From a virus, in IMG/VR virus record IMGVR_UViG_3300031760_000087, positions 1-56,676 of that record: a stretch of DNA of 56,676 nucleotides; one strand, 5' to 3'. Each line of letters begins with the position of its first letter. Position 1 is the stretch's first letter. The translations under genes were made by a program, and so were the position numbers. This document shows positions 1 through 7,747 of this stretch, in pieces. The notes under the pieces are model-generated. The model did not search any database. It was not told the origin of the DNA and worked only from the letters and a program-made list of their open reading frames with translations.

Positions 1-125
1 AATTCAGGAATTCAAGACCTGCAGGAATTCAGGAATTCAAGACCTGCAGGAATTCAGGAATTCAAGACCTGCAGGAATTCAGGAATTCAAGACCTGCAGG
101 AATTCAGGAATTCAAGACCTGCAGG
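1..125. repeat. 25-bp tandem repeat array, 5 identical units (AATTCAGGAATTCAAGACCTGCAGG)
   Basis: Counted directly. Unique sequence starts at 126. Same unit as the array at 56250-56676. Confidence 0.97.
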
Positions 126-300
126 AACTAGAAAATACTACAATTATATTAAAAGATAAGGTTATTAAATTAAAAGATATCTTAATAAATCAATTAAATT
201 AATAGTACTATCTAATATAATTAAATCAATAACTAATTTTTACATTTAAGTTTAAAATATTCTATATGTAATACTAAAATTATTATCTTTTTTAAAAAAA
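126..300. promoter_or_regulatory. Strongly A+T-rich non-coding stretch next to the array (candidate DNA-unwinding element)
   Basis: Visibly more than 80 percent A+T with no ORF. It sits between the tandem array and the first promoter. Confidence 0.4.
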
Positions 301-354
301 TTCCAGATCATCAAATATTCCAGGACCTAGTGAATATTTCAGGACCATAAAAAA

Positions 355-431
355 CGATAAATTTAAATACTATGAAGTACAACCTATTAGTAACTACTAT
401 TAAGTAGGAACACAAAAAACGAGGTTAAAAA
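355..431 (+). promoter_or_regulatory. Conserved promoter plus leader, copy 1 (TATA-like AAATTTAAATA, then TATGAAGTACAAC, then palindrome CTACTATTAAGTAG)
   Basis: Shares TATA box + TATGAAGTAC(A/T)AAC with 37553-37580 and 53118-53200. The leader palindrome and the AAAACGA(G/A)GT ribosome-site context are shared with copy 3. Confidence 0.55.
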
Positions 432-740
432 ATGGTTAAAATATATTTCGATGCAGTACAACAAATGAGGAAATACAACACAGAAACCTGGACACTTGAA
501 AACTACATCCATGAATGCCTGAAGCTATGTAAGGATGATAAGGAAATTTTAAGAACACTAGTATTTATTTGTAATAACAAGGACTTTAAAACAATACTAG
601 CAATAGTATACAACCACTGTCCTAGCAAATTCCACAGAGAAGACAATTACGAGCTAACAAGCCTTTATATTTACTTATTTGTAAATGAGGAAATTACAAC
701 AAGAGAATTTAACAAGTTAATAGGTTATCAAATCTATTAA
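432..740 (+). CDS. hypothetical protein (102 aa), first gene after conserved promoter copy 1
   Basis: ORF track. ATG is preceded by AACGAGGT. No recognisable motif. Confidence 0.65.
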   Translation: MVKIYFDAVQQMRKYNTETWTLENYIHECLKLCKDDKEILRTLVFICNNKDFKTILAIVYNHCPSKFHREDNYELTSLYIYLFVNEEITTREFNKLIGYQIY

Positions 741-761
741 ACTTTATTTTTTATATTTTTA

Positions 762-1118
762 TTGGAGGAATTTAAAATGACAAGCAACCAAACCAAAAGA
801 GCGGAAAAAATGGAAGCAGCTTATGAAAAAATAAGTGAAGGATTAAGAGAACTAATAGAAGCCGAATATGAAGGCAAATATGCAGAAGCCATCCAGGAAA
901 TAGATTTGGATGTAGCTGCCGGTAATGTTGGCTTATATTATGAAGAGGAATATAAAGGCATCTTATTAGAAAAAGCAGAACAACAAAAACAACAACAGGA
1001 AAAAGAGCGAATAGATAAAGAACTATCAGAACTGGTAGATATTATCTACAATGCAAAAAACGAGCAAGAGGCAATCGAAAAATTAGAAAAATTTGGAGTA
1101 AAAGGTTATAGGATGTAA
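762..1118 (+). CDS. hypothetical acidic coiled-coil protein (likely true start ATG 777)
   Basis: ORF track. GGAGG lies 8 nt upstream of ATG 777. Sequence is E/K/Q-rich. Confidence 0.65.
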   Translation: MEEFKMTSNQTKRAEKMEAAYEKISEGLRELIEAEYEGKYAEAIQEIDLDVAAGNVGLYYEEEYKGILLEKAEQQKQQQEKERIDKELSELVDIIYNAKNEQEAIEKLEKFGVKGYRM

Positions 1119-1145
1119 TTATTACATCCTGAAAAAATTTTTAAA

Positions 1146-1913
1146 ATGGAGGAATCAAAAATGGCAAGCATTAAACCAAAACACAGCAGGATTAAATATG
1201 TTGAAGAAGCAGGATTTAATATAAATTACTCTGAAAATTCAAGAGATATCAAATACGATGTAGCAATGGAATACACCAGAGGCTCTGGAAAATACCACAG
1301 CGATACAATCATTATCTCAAGCTCTAGTGCTTTTAATTGTTGTTGTAAAAATATTTGCAACTGCAGAGCTTTTTGCTATGCAAACAGAGATGAGAGATCA
1401 CACGGTCACAAGGTCACAGAGTACAAGGACAGACAAGGCTACGAATTTTTACACACCCCCAACTCTGAAATAGTAAGAGATTTCATAGAAATGCAGAAGA
1501 ATTTCCAAAAGCCAATAACACAAGTCAGACTCAATGAAGCCGGAGACCTATCAAAAGAATTTTTACTCAAGGTTTACAACCTGCAACAGGAATTCCAAAA
1601 GCACGAGAGCTTAAAAGAGATTATCTTTTTTACTTACACACACAATTATATGTTGTACTCTGAAATTGAACCACTCTTAAACAGTCACTTTATTGTAAAT
1701 AATTCCTACAACCCTGAAGCCCCAACACAGAGAACCCTCTCTAATAACTATATTGCAGTTGAAGAGCATATTTATAATTATATTGCAAGTATGCCACAAC
1801 ACAAACTAGATCAATTTAATATTGTTATTTGTGACTGCAGAGAAAAATGCAATACTAACTGTAACGCTTGTATGCTAAACAATGGCAAAAACATTATAGT
1901 TAAGATTCATTAA
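1146..1913 (+). CDS. Cys-rich protein, possible metal / Fe-S binding (likely start ATG 1161)
   Basis: N-terminal cluster NCCCKNICNCRAFCYA, then VRLNEAGDL and FFTYTHN, and a C-terminal cluster CDCREKCNTNCNAC. The pattern resembles phage Gp37/Gp68-type (DUF5131-like) proteins, but this comes from memory of motifs only. Confidence 0.6.
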   Translation: MEESKMASIKPKHSRIKYVEEAGFNINYSENSRDIKYDVAMEYTRGSGKYHSDTIIISSSSAFNCCCKNICNCRAFCYANRDERSHGHKVTEYKDRQGYEFLHTPNSEIVRDFIEMQKNFQKPITQVRLNEAGDLSKEFLLKVYNLQQEFQKHESLKEIIFFTYTHNYMLYSEIEPLLNSHFIVNNSYNPEAPTQRTLSNNYIAVEEHIYNYIASMPQHKLDQFNIVICDCREKCNTNCNACMLNNGKNIIVKIH

Positions 1914-2015
1914 TGGCGGTGCTAAAGTGGATGAAATAGATATAATAATAATCCCAATAATAATATACTGTATACTTATGGCAGTTATTGGAGCAATAGC
2001 AACAGCAATATAACC

Positions 2016-2065
2016 ACCAAACCACCAACACCACACCACCACCAAACCACCAACACCACACCACC
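2016..2065. repeat. 25-nt AC-only tandem duplication (ACCAAACCACCAACACCACACCACC x2) inside an AC-rich tract
   Basis: Counted directly. The surrounding 1990-2100 and 2320-2395 are also A/C-only on the + strand. Confidence 0.9.
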
Positions 2066-2536
2066 AAATCAAACCAACCAACCAACAGCACCAACAAAAA
2101 ACCAAATGAAAACAGATTTAAAACTAGTAAAAAATAGGTTGGTATTTCCTCTTTATTTTTTATTGGATGATATCAAACCTGCAGGTATTAAGCTCTAGCA
2201 GGTTGGATCATCTGAAGCCACTATATAAACTGCTGTAGTACTAGCAGTTAGTAAGAGGTAATTCTTACTATATACTAACAATATAGTATTATGTAAGAAC
2301 CGCCAGGACATCCGCAAGGCACACACACCGACCAACTGCAGCACCGACCAACAGCAGCAGCAACCGACCAACCGACCGACACAAGCAAAAAATAAGTTCC
2401 TCAAAAACAGGCTTCAAAATTCACCATTGTCGCATAGATTTTTTGTGGTTTTCGGTTTTGTGGAGTGGTTTGTGAGGGTGTTTTAGGGTTTTGTTTTTAT
2501 TTTTTTTGGTTTTTTCCGAAAAGGTTATATATTATA

Positions 2537-2570
2537 GGTTTCCTGAATGTACCAAGTTAGTGTCTTGTGC
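2537..2570 (+). repeat. 34-nt dispersed repeat copy 1 (GGTTTCCTGAATGTACCAAGTTAGTGTCTTGTGC), preceded by TTATATATTA
   Basis: Near-identical copy at 3174-3208. A TATA-like box lies directly upstream of this copy. Confidence 0.85.
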
Positions 2571-2795
2571 TTATTATGTGGGGGGTAGTTTTTATATAAT
2601 ATTGTGGATGTTATATAAAAACTGGGGGGTATATTGGGGCATTGAATATTACTGTTTTTTCAATATTGACTGTTTTTTTATTTGATCCTTTTGTCTTTTT
2701 CGATGTGGAAGGTTGTTATGTTCGTACACTTTACACTTGAAATTGTACTTTAAGGATGGTGAGGTATGTTTTGGGGCATATAGAGTACCATACAA

Positions 2796-2821
2796 GTGTA
2801 GATTAAATCTACACCATTTTT
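2796..2821 (+). terminator. Perfect hairpin GTGTAGAT-TAA-ATCTACAC followed by a T-run
   Basis: 8-bp stem, 3-nt loop, then CATTTTT. It lies immediately before locus A. Confidence 0.35.
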
Positions 2822-2824
2822 CGT

Positions 2825-2918
2825 GTTGAGTAAATTACCCCTTTTGTTGCATTTTTCACCCTTTTTGTTGCAGATTTTCAGTAAATGTTGAGTAAATTTG
2901 GTGTAATGTTGAGCATAT
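2825..2918 (+). repeat. Locus A: multi-repeat module (3 x GTTGAGTAAAT-like, 2 x CCCTTTT(T)GTTGCA), homologous to locus B at 36646-36718
   Basis: GTTGAGTAAAT at 2825 and 2887, and GTTGAGCATAT at 2908. Shares the 16-nt identity AAATGTTGAGTAAATT with locus B and has the same order and orientation. Confidence 0.9.
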
Positions 2919-3173
2919 CGAGAAGTTGAAAATTGCAGTTAGGTAATCTATATTCTATTTGGAGTATGAAAACCGATATGCAAGGTTTGACTATCGCTAT
3001 TTTTCGGCAGAAACTTAATTTTTTTTCAGAAAAATTTTTGTATATTTGAGGGGGTATTGAAGATTCTAGTTTTTTCAAGTGTCTGATTTTCTGATTTTGT
3101 CAGAGGTTTTTGGATTCTCTGATTTTTTGTTTTTGCAGATTTTTTTTGTTCGTTAGATAACTAACAATAGTGT

Positions 3174-3208
3174 GGTTATCCTGAATGTACCAACTTATTG
3201 TCTTGTGC
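3174..3208 (+). repeat. Dispersed repeat copy 2 (GGTTATCCTGAATGTACCAACTTATTGTCTTGTGC)
   Basis: Direct comparison with 2537-2570. Confidence 0.85.
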
Positions 3209-3366
3209 GATGATTGATTACTATAATTTTTTTAGTGGGTTATTATTTTTTCACCGATGACCCCCCCATCATAATCATTTTATCATCTCCCAATCACACC
3301 CCCCCCACACTCATATACACTTTTGATGGGGGGCGAGGGGAGAATTAATTTTTTGGAGAGTGCAGA

Positions 3367-3582
3367 ATGGATAAGGGAAGATTAACAACATTAATCAGCG
3401 ATTTAGGACTGATACTGGTAGCCATTGCAACCTTGCTTGGCATCAGGCTTGATCCTAATTTGGCGACTGCGATAGTGAGTGCAGTAGTATTGATTATTAT
3501 CGCATTACTGGATGTTTACCATCCTGAATACAAGGACTTAATAGATATTGATGATTCAGAGGAGTTGGATGGAGAAGAATAG
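3367..3582 (+). CDS. small membrane protein (71 aa) with acidic tail
   Basis: Hydrophobic stretches LILVAIATLLGI and AIVSAVVLIIIALL. GGAGAG lies upstream of the ATG. Confidence 0.6.
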   Translation: MDKGRLTTLISDLGLILVAIATLLGIRLDPNLATAIVSAVVLIIIALLDVYHPEYKDLIDIDDSEELDGEE

Positions 3583-3916
3583 TCCAACATTCCAAGACCA
3601 TCTTGACTTGAATAATCGTGTAACCAAACTGGAATCAGAGAACAAGACACTCTTCAATGAGATAAGGGAAATCAAGGATGCTTTGGGTGAGAATACTGAT
3701 GCCTTGAATAATCTGAACAGTACCTTGAATGAGGAGCGAGTCAATAATACCAAGGCGATTAACGAGTTAACTACCTTGTTGCACGAGGAAAAGTTAAGAG
3801 TCGAGTTGATGAATGAGAAAGAATCCACAGAACTGGGCATCAGGAGTACGATTTATACTGGTGTCATTGTGGGTGTTGCCTTGTTGATTGTTGAGGGATT
3901 ATTGAGAGTATTGTGA
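3548..3916 (+). CDS. coiled-coil protein with C-terminal transmembrane helix (likely start ATG 3569)
   Basis: Heptad-like N/E/L-rich sequence ending in IYTGVIVGVALLIVEGLL. GGAG lies 5 nt before ATG 3569. Confidence 0.6.
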   Translation: MMIQRSWMEKNSPTFQDHLDLNNRVTKLESENKTLFNEIREIKDALGENTDALNNLNSTLNEERVNNTKAINELTTLLHEEKLRVELMNEKESTELGIRSTIYTGVIVGVALLIVEGLLRVL

Positions 3917-4389
3917 TTTTTATGACTGATGATGATAATAAGATTGAAGAGAGGAATATGGTTCAGGGGAAGAAGCCCCCACGATTCATTAAAGAACCTA
4001 TCCTTAAACAGAAGCTTTTGTCTATGATTGAAAAGGGCAATTATATCACTACTAGTTGTGAGGCTTGTGGTATTTCCCCATCTACTTTGGCTTATTGGAG
4101 AACCAAGGCTAGAGAGGGTAAAGAGCCTTATGTTAGTTTTTTTGCAGAGTTGCGAGAAGCCGAGCGAAAGGCTGAAACTGTTATTGCAGAGGGTATTTAT
4201 GATATCGGTTTCGATAAGAGGAATTGGACTGCCCTTGCTTGGTTATTGGAGAGGAAGAATCCTGAAAGATGGGGTAGGAAAGACAGAGTTGATGTTGCCT
4301 CTGATAAGGAGTTTAAGATTGAGATTACCAGCACTAAATCCGAGCATAAGATGAGTGAAGAGGATAGGAAGAACCTAGAAGAGGAATAG
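3913..4389 (+). CDS. terS: terminase small subunit candidate (HTH protein)
   Basis: Directly upstream of terL. HTH-like ITTSCEACGISPSTLAYWRTKA. Size is 158 aa. Confidence 0.6.
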   Translation: MIFMTDDDNKIEERNMVQGKKPPRFIKEPILKQKLLSMIEKGNYITTSCEACGISPSTLAYWRTKAREGKEPYVSFFAELREAERKAETVIAEGIYDIGFDKRNWTALAWLLERKNPERWGRKDRVDVASDKEFKIEITSTKSEHKMSEEDRKNLEEE

Positions 4390-4390
4390 T

Positions 4391-5608
4391 ATGCCAGTTG
4401 TTGAGTGGAAGTTGAGTGAGAAACAAGCCGAGTATTTGTATGATAAGCATAGGTATTTGGTTGTTGAAGGATCAGCAGGTAGTGGCAAGACCTTGTTTGC
4501 TTGTCATAAGGTTTTGATGTATGCTTTCACTCATAAGAATGCGAAGATTGGTGTTTTTAGGTTGACCTTGCCATCTTTGAAACAGACTGCTTGGTTGGAA
4601 ATCAGGCAATTATTGGATAAGTATGATTTGCCTTATCAGGAGAATAAAACCGAGGGTGTTATGACTTTCCCTAATGGTACAACCATCATATTCAGGGCTT
4701 TGGATGATATGAGGAAGATAAGAAGCCTCAATATGGATTTTATCTACTGTGAGCAGGCAGAAGAGATAGACAAGGATGTATTTATGGAATTAGACTCAAG
4801 GGTGAGAGGACAAGCGAGTATTGATGATTATGGTCAATTATTGCTTGTTGTTACTCCTGAAATGCAATCTCATTGGATTTATAAAAGATTTCACAAGCTT
4901 GAGGATGAGGATGCTTGTGTAGTGCATTTCCATTATACAGAGAATCCTTTTGTTGATGATAAGTATATTAAGATGGCAGAGGATAGGAAGAAGTTTGATT
5001 ATGATACTTATGCACGATTAACACTTGGTAAGTGGGGCTTGGTTGGTGACATTATTTATCAGAACTGGGATATCAAGGAATCCAGTAGGGGTTTCGAGTA
5101 TTATACTGGAGGTTCTGATTTCGGTTTCAACAACCCAAGTTGTTTCTTATTGGTTGGTTGGTTGGATAATGAGGCTTATGTTATTGATGAGGTTTACGAG
5201 CGAAACCTTATAAATTACCAATTCATTGGCAAGGTTAATGAGATGTTGAAGAGGAATAATCTCAACCCAAGCAACCTTGACACAGTATATGGTGATAAGG
5301 CAGAGCCTGACAGAATACAAGAATTCAATGAATATGGTTACAATATGGTTGGTGGAATCAAGGATGTTAATGCGAAGATCAATGCCACCAAATCAGTTAA
5401 AATCCACATAAGCCCCAAGTGTGTGAATACTATTAAGGAGATTGAGAATTACTGCTATCAAAGGGATAAGGATGGCAATGCTATTGATAAGCCGATAAAA
5501 TACAATGACCATAGTATGGATGCTCTTGGTTATTGTGTTTATGGTACTGTTGGAATCTTAAGCCCTGAACGAAGTATGCCTGAAAAGGCTACAATCTATG
5601 GATACTAA
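4391..5608 (+). CDS. terL: terminase large subunit
   Basis: Walker A is GSAGSGKT. The nuclease-half motifs GGSDFGFNNPS and HSMDALGY are typical of PBSX/Terminase_6-type TerL. Confidence 0.85.
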   Translation: MPVVEWKLSEKQAEYLYDKHRYLVVEGSAGSGKTLFACHKVLMYAFTHKNAKIGVFRLTLPSLKQTAWLEIRQLLDKYDLPYQENKTEGVMTFPNGTTIIFRALDDMRKIRSLNMDFIYCEQAEEIDKDVFMELDSRVRGQASIDDYGQLLLVVTPEMQSHWIYKRFHKLEDEDACVVHFHYTENPFVDDKYIKMAEDRKKFDYDTYARLTLGKWGLVGDIIYQNWDIKESSRGFEYYTGGSDFGFNNPSCFLLVGWLDNEAYVIDEVYERNLINYQFIGKVNEMLKRNNLNPSNLDTVYGDKAEPDRIQEFNEYGYNMVGGIKDVNAKINATKSVKIHISPKCVNTIKEIENYCYQRDKDGNAIDKPIKYNDHSMDALGYCVYGTVGILSPERSMPEKATIYGY

Positions 5609-5627
5609 ATTGGAGAGATGAATATAT

Positions 5628-6950
5628 ATGGGAATTTTTGATAGGATATATGGGTTCAGACAACGAGAGGTTCGCAACAGTTATCCTAACGAGGTCAGAT
5701 TGGCAGATATAAGTGCTAAAGAACCTGATAATCCAAGTGGGAAAGACCTTTACGAGATAACCCCATCTCATATTAATAGGACAGTAAGGAACTGCCGATA
5801 TGCTACTAGAGATCCTCAAGTACACGGTGTACTACTGGATATTATGGTGAAGTCCAATACTCATTTTGAGATAATTGGTGATAATGAAGAGGCAGTTAAT
5901 CACATCAAGAAGATGGATGAGGATTACTGGAATATTAATAAGATTATTGATGAGATGTTTTGGAAAGGGGCAGTTGATGGTCAAGCCTTTATGAACTTGC
6001 GAATCAAGGAGAATCATATATGTCCACGATGGCTTGAATGGGATGGAGAATCCTATAATATTATGGAGATATATGACTCTGAAGAGGAACTGTTAGGTTA
6101 CAAGCAAGTTATTCAGAAGAATGCGAAGACTAATAATGGTTGGCTTCGCAGGAAATTCGATGAGTTGAAGAACGAATCCTCCGAGGAGGTTGAGATAAAC
6201 TTTGAACCATCCGAGGTGATCCATATGAAATACCTTGAGAGGGATGGAATAGGTCATAGTCTTGTAGTGAATGTACTGGATGATGTGATGTACAAGAGGA
6301 AGCTCAAGGAACTTATGACTTTGACTGTTTACAAGAATAGTAATCTTGTTGTTGTTACTATGGGTAACGAGGATAAGATGAACACTTACCTTGATGAGGA
6401 TGCACGAAATATGGTAGTGGAAACTGTATCCGACTTCGACCATAAGGGTGCAGTAGTAGTGCCATATGGAATTGATCTTGAAGTGCTTAAGGGTGGAACA
6501 TTACCTGAAATCCAAGACTACCTCAAATACTATGAGAGATGCATTTATGTAGGATTGAACACACCTGAAGCAGTATTCAACTCTGAATCAAGTAACAGAG
6601 CAACAGCCGATATTCAATTGGACAGTAAGACAAGTGGTAGAATACTCTTCTTCCAATACAATCAAGAATGGGTTACCAAGTATATTGAGGAATTATTCAG
6701 AAGAGAACTTGAACTTCAAGGCATAAGTGGATATGTTACTATTGAATTCGAGAACCTTACCGAAGATGAAGATGGGGATGAGAATAGTGATGATACCGAC
6801 CCTGAAAGCCTACACAAGCCAATCACAAAGAAAGGTCAAGAGGATATTGACAAGACTGGCACTACTGGGATAAAGAAAACCAGTACTAATACTGATAATG
6901 TTCATAATGATGTTAAGAATAGAAGTCAAACGAATACTGCAGGAGGTTGA
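5628..6950 (+). CDS. portal protein candidate
   Basis: Position between terL and the MuF-like gene, 440 aa, acidic/polar C-terminal tail. No motif-level proof. Confidence 0.6.
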   Translation: MGIFDRIYGFRQREVRNSYPNEVRLADISAKEPDNPSGKDLYEITPSHINRTVRNCRYATRDPQVHGVLLDIMVKSNTHFEIIGDNEEAVNHIKKMDEDYWNINKIIDEMFWKGAVDGQAFMNLRIKENHICPRWLEWDGESYNIMEIYDSEEELLGYKQVIQKNAKTNNGWLRRKFDELKNESSEEVEINFEPSEVIHMKYLERDGIGHSLVVNVLDDVMYKRKLKELMTLTVYKNSNLVVVTMGNEDKMNTYLDEDARNMVVETVSDFDHKGAVVVPYGIDLEVLKGGTLPEIQDYLKYYERCIYVGLNTPEAVFNSESSNRATADIQLDSKTSGRILFFQYNQEWVTKYIEELFRRELELQGISGYVTIEFENLTEDEDGDENSDDTDPESLHKPITKKGQEDIDKTGTTGIKKTSTNTDNVHNDVKNRSQTNTAGG

Positions 6951-6955
6951 AGTGA

Positions 6956-7747
6956 ATGGCTAGTGATGGATTAAAACATCTTATCAAGACTCCTGCTGAT
7001 TTGACTGATGAGGTTTTTGATTTCAAGAACCTTGACTCTGATGAACAAGCTTACATCATCGCTTTATTATTTTATTATAATGATTTTGCCTTGAAGTATC
7101 AGGGCAAGACAAGAGCATATATTGAATCTCATTATGAGGATGATATTGATGCCTTGCAAGAGAAACTTCTTAAGAGTAATGAGAAACAATTCGAGAAGAT
7201 GTTTGAAACTTTCAAGAGAAAACAACTTGAGAATGATAAGAACCTCCCAAGTAGCAAGTATGGTAAGGTTACTTGGAAAGGCTTCAATAAGGCAAGTATG
7301 AGCAAGAAACTCACATTCGAGGTTGTTACTCAAAGCATAAAAGACATCTGCTCTGAATTGAAGAGAGAGATAGGTTTGCAATTGAAAGTCCACGAGGACA
7401 TAAATTACAAGGACTCTGACTTCTCAATCAAAGCAAAACTTGACAAGGGAGCGAAGAAGCTTAAAAAGGCAGGGAAGTTTACTGCAGGTAGATTAAGGCA
7501 GAAGACAGAACGAGCCTACCAAGACTTCCAAAACAAGCCACAAACTCTCTACAAATGGCAATGCTCATATGTAAGGAATGTGCCTTGTGCTTGGTGCGAA
7601 TACCAACAATTACAGCCACCAAGACCAATCGATGACTGGGAGTATGACCACCCAAATGGACATTGTACACTAGTACCAGTAAATGGGGCAGAAGCCTATT
7701 CCGATGATTATCTTGCAATAGCAGAATTCCTTGATGAGGAAGATTGA
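6956..7747 (+). CDS. head morphogenesis protein, Mu F / SPP1 gp7-like
   Basis: C-terminal CAWCEY ... YDHPNGHCTLVPV matches the C..C ... HPNC.C signature of the Phage_Mu_F domain. Position after the portal also fits. Confidence 0.7.
   Translation: MASDGLKHLIKTPADLTDEVFDFKNLDSDEQAYIIALLFYYNDFALKYQGKTRAYIESHYEDDIDALQEKLLKSNEKQFEKMFETFKRKQLENDKNLPSSKYGKVTWKGFNKASMSKKLTFEVVTQSIKDICSELKREIGLQLKVHEDINYKDSDFSIKAKLDKGAKKLKKAGKFTAGRLRQKTERAYQDFQNKPQTLYKWQCSYVRNVPCAWCEYQQLQPPRPIDDWEYDHPNGHCTLVPVNGAEAYSDDYLAIAEFLDEED

Noticed and set aside
1-125. The 25-bp tandem arrays at both ends as a CRISPR array
   Set aside because: The units are directly adjacent with no spacers, the unit is shorter than typical CRISPR repeats, and no cas genes are present.
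1875-2685. Track ORFs 1875-2105(-), 1900-2097(-), 2195-2404(-) and 2491-2685(+) as genes
   Set aside because: Their translations are W/C/G/V/L low-complexity strings generated by A/C-only or G/T-only DNA, and none has a ribosome site.
2878-3078. Minus-strand ORF (66 aa, TTG start) overlapping locus A
   Set aside because: It has no ribosome site, runs through the repeat module and T-runs, and has an odd composition. It is more likely non-coding.
4028-4354. Alternative-frame ORF inside terS
   Set aside because: It is fully embedded in a gene with a clear HTH and synteny, and has no independent signals.
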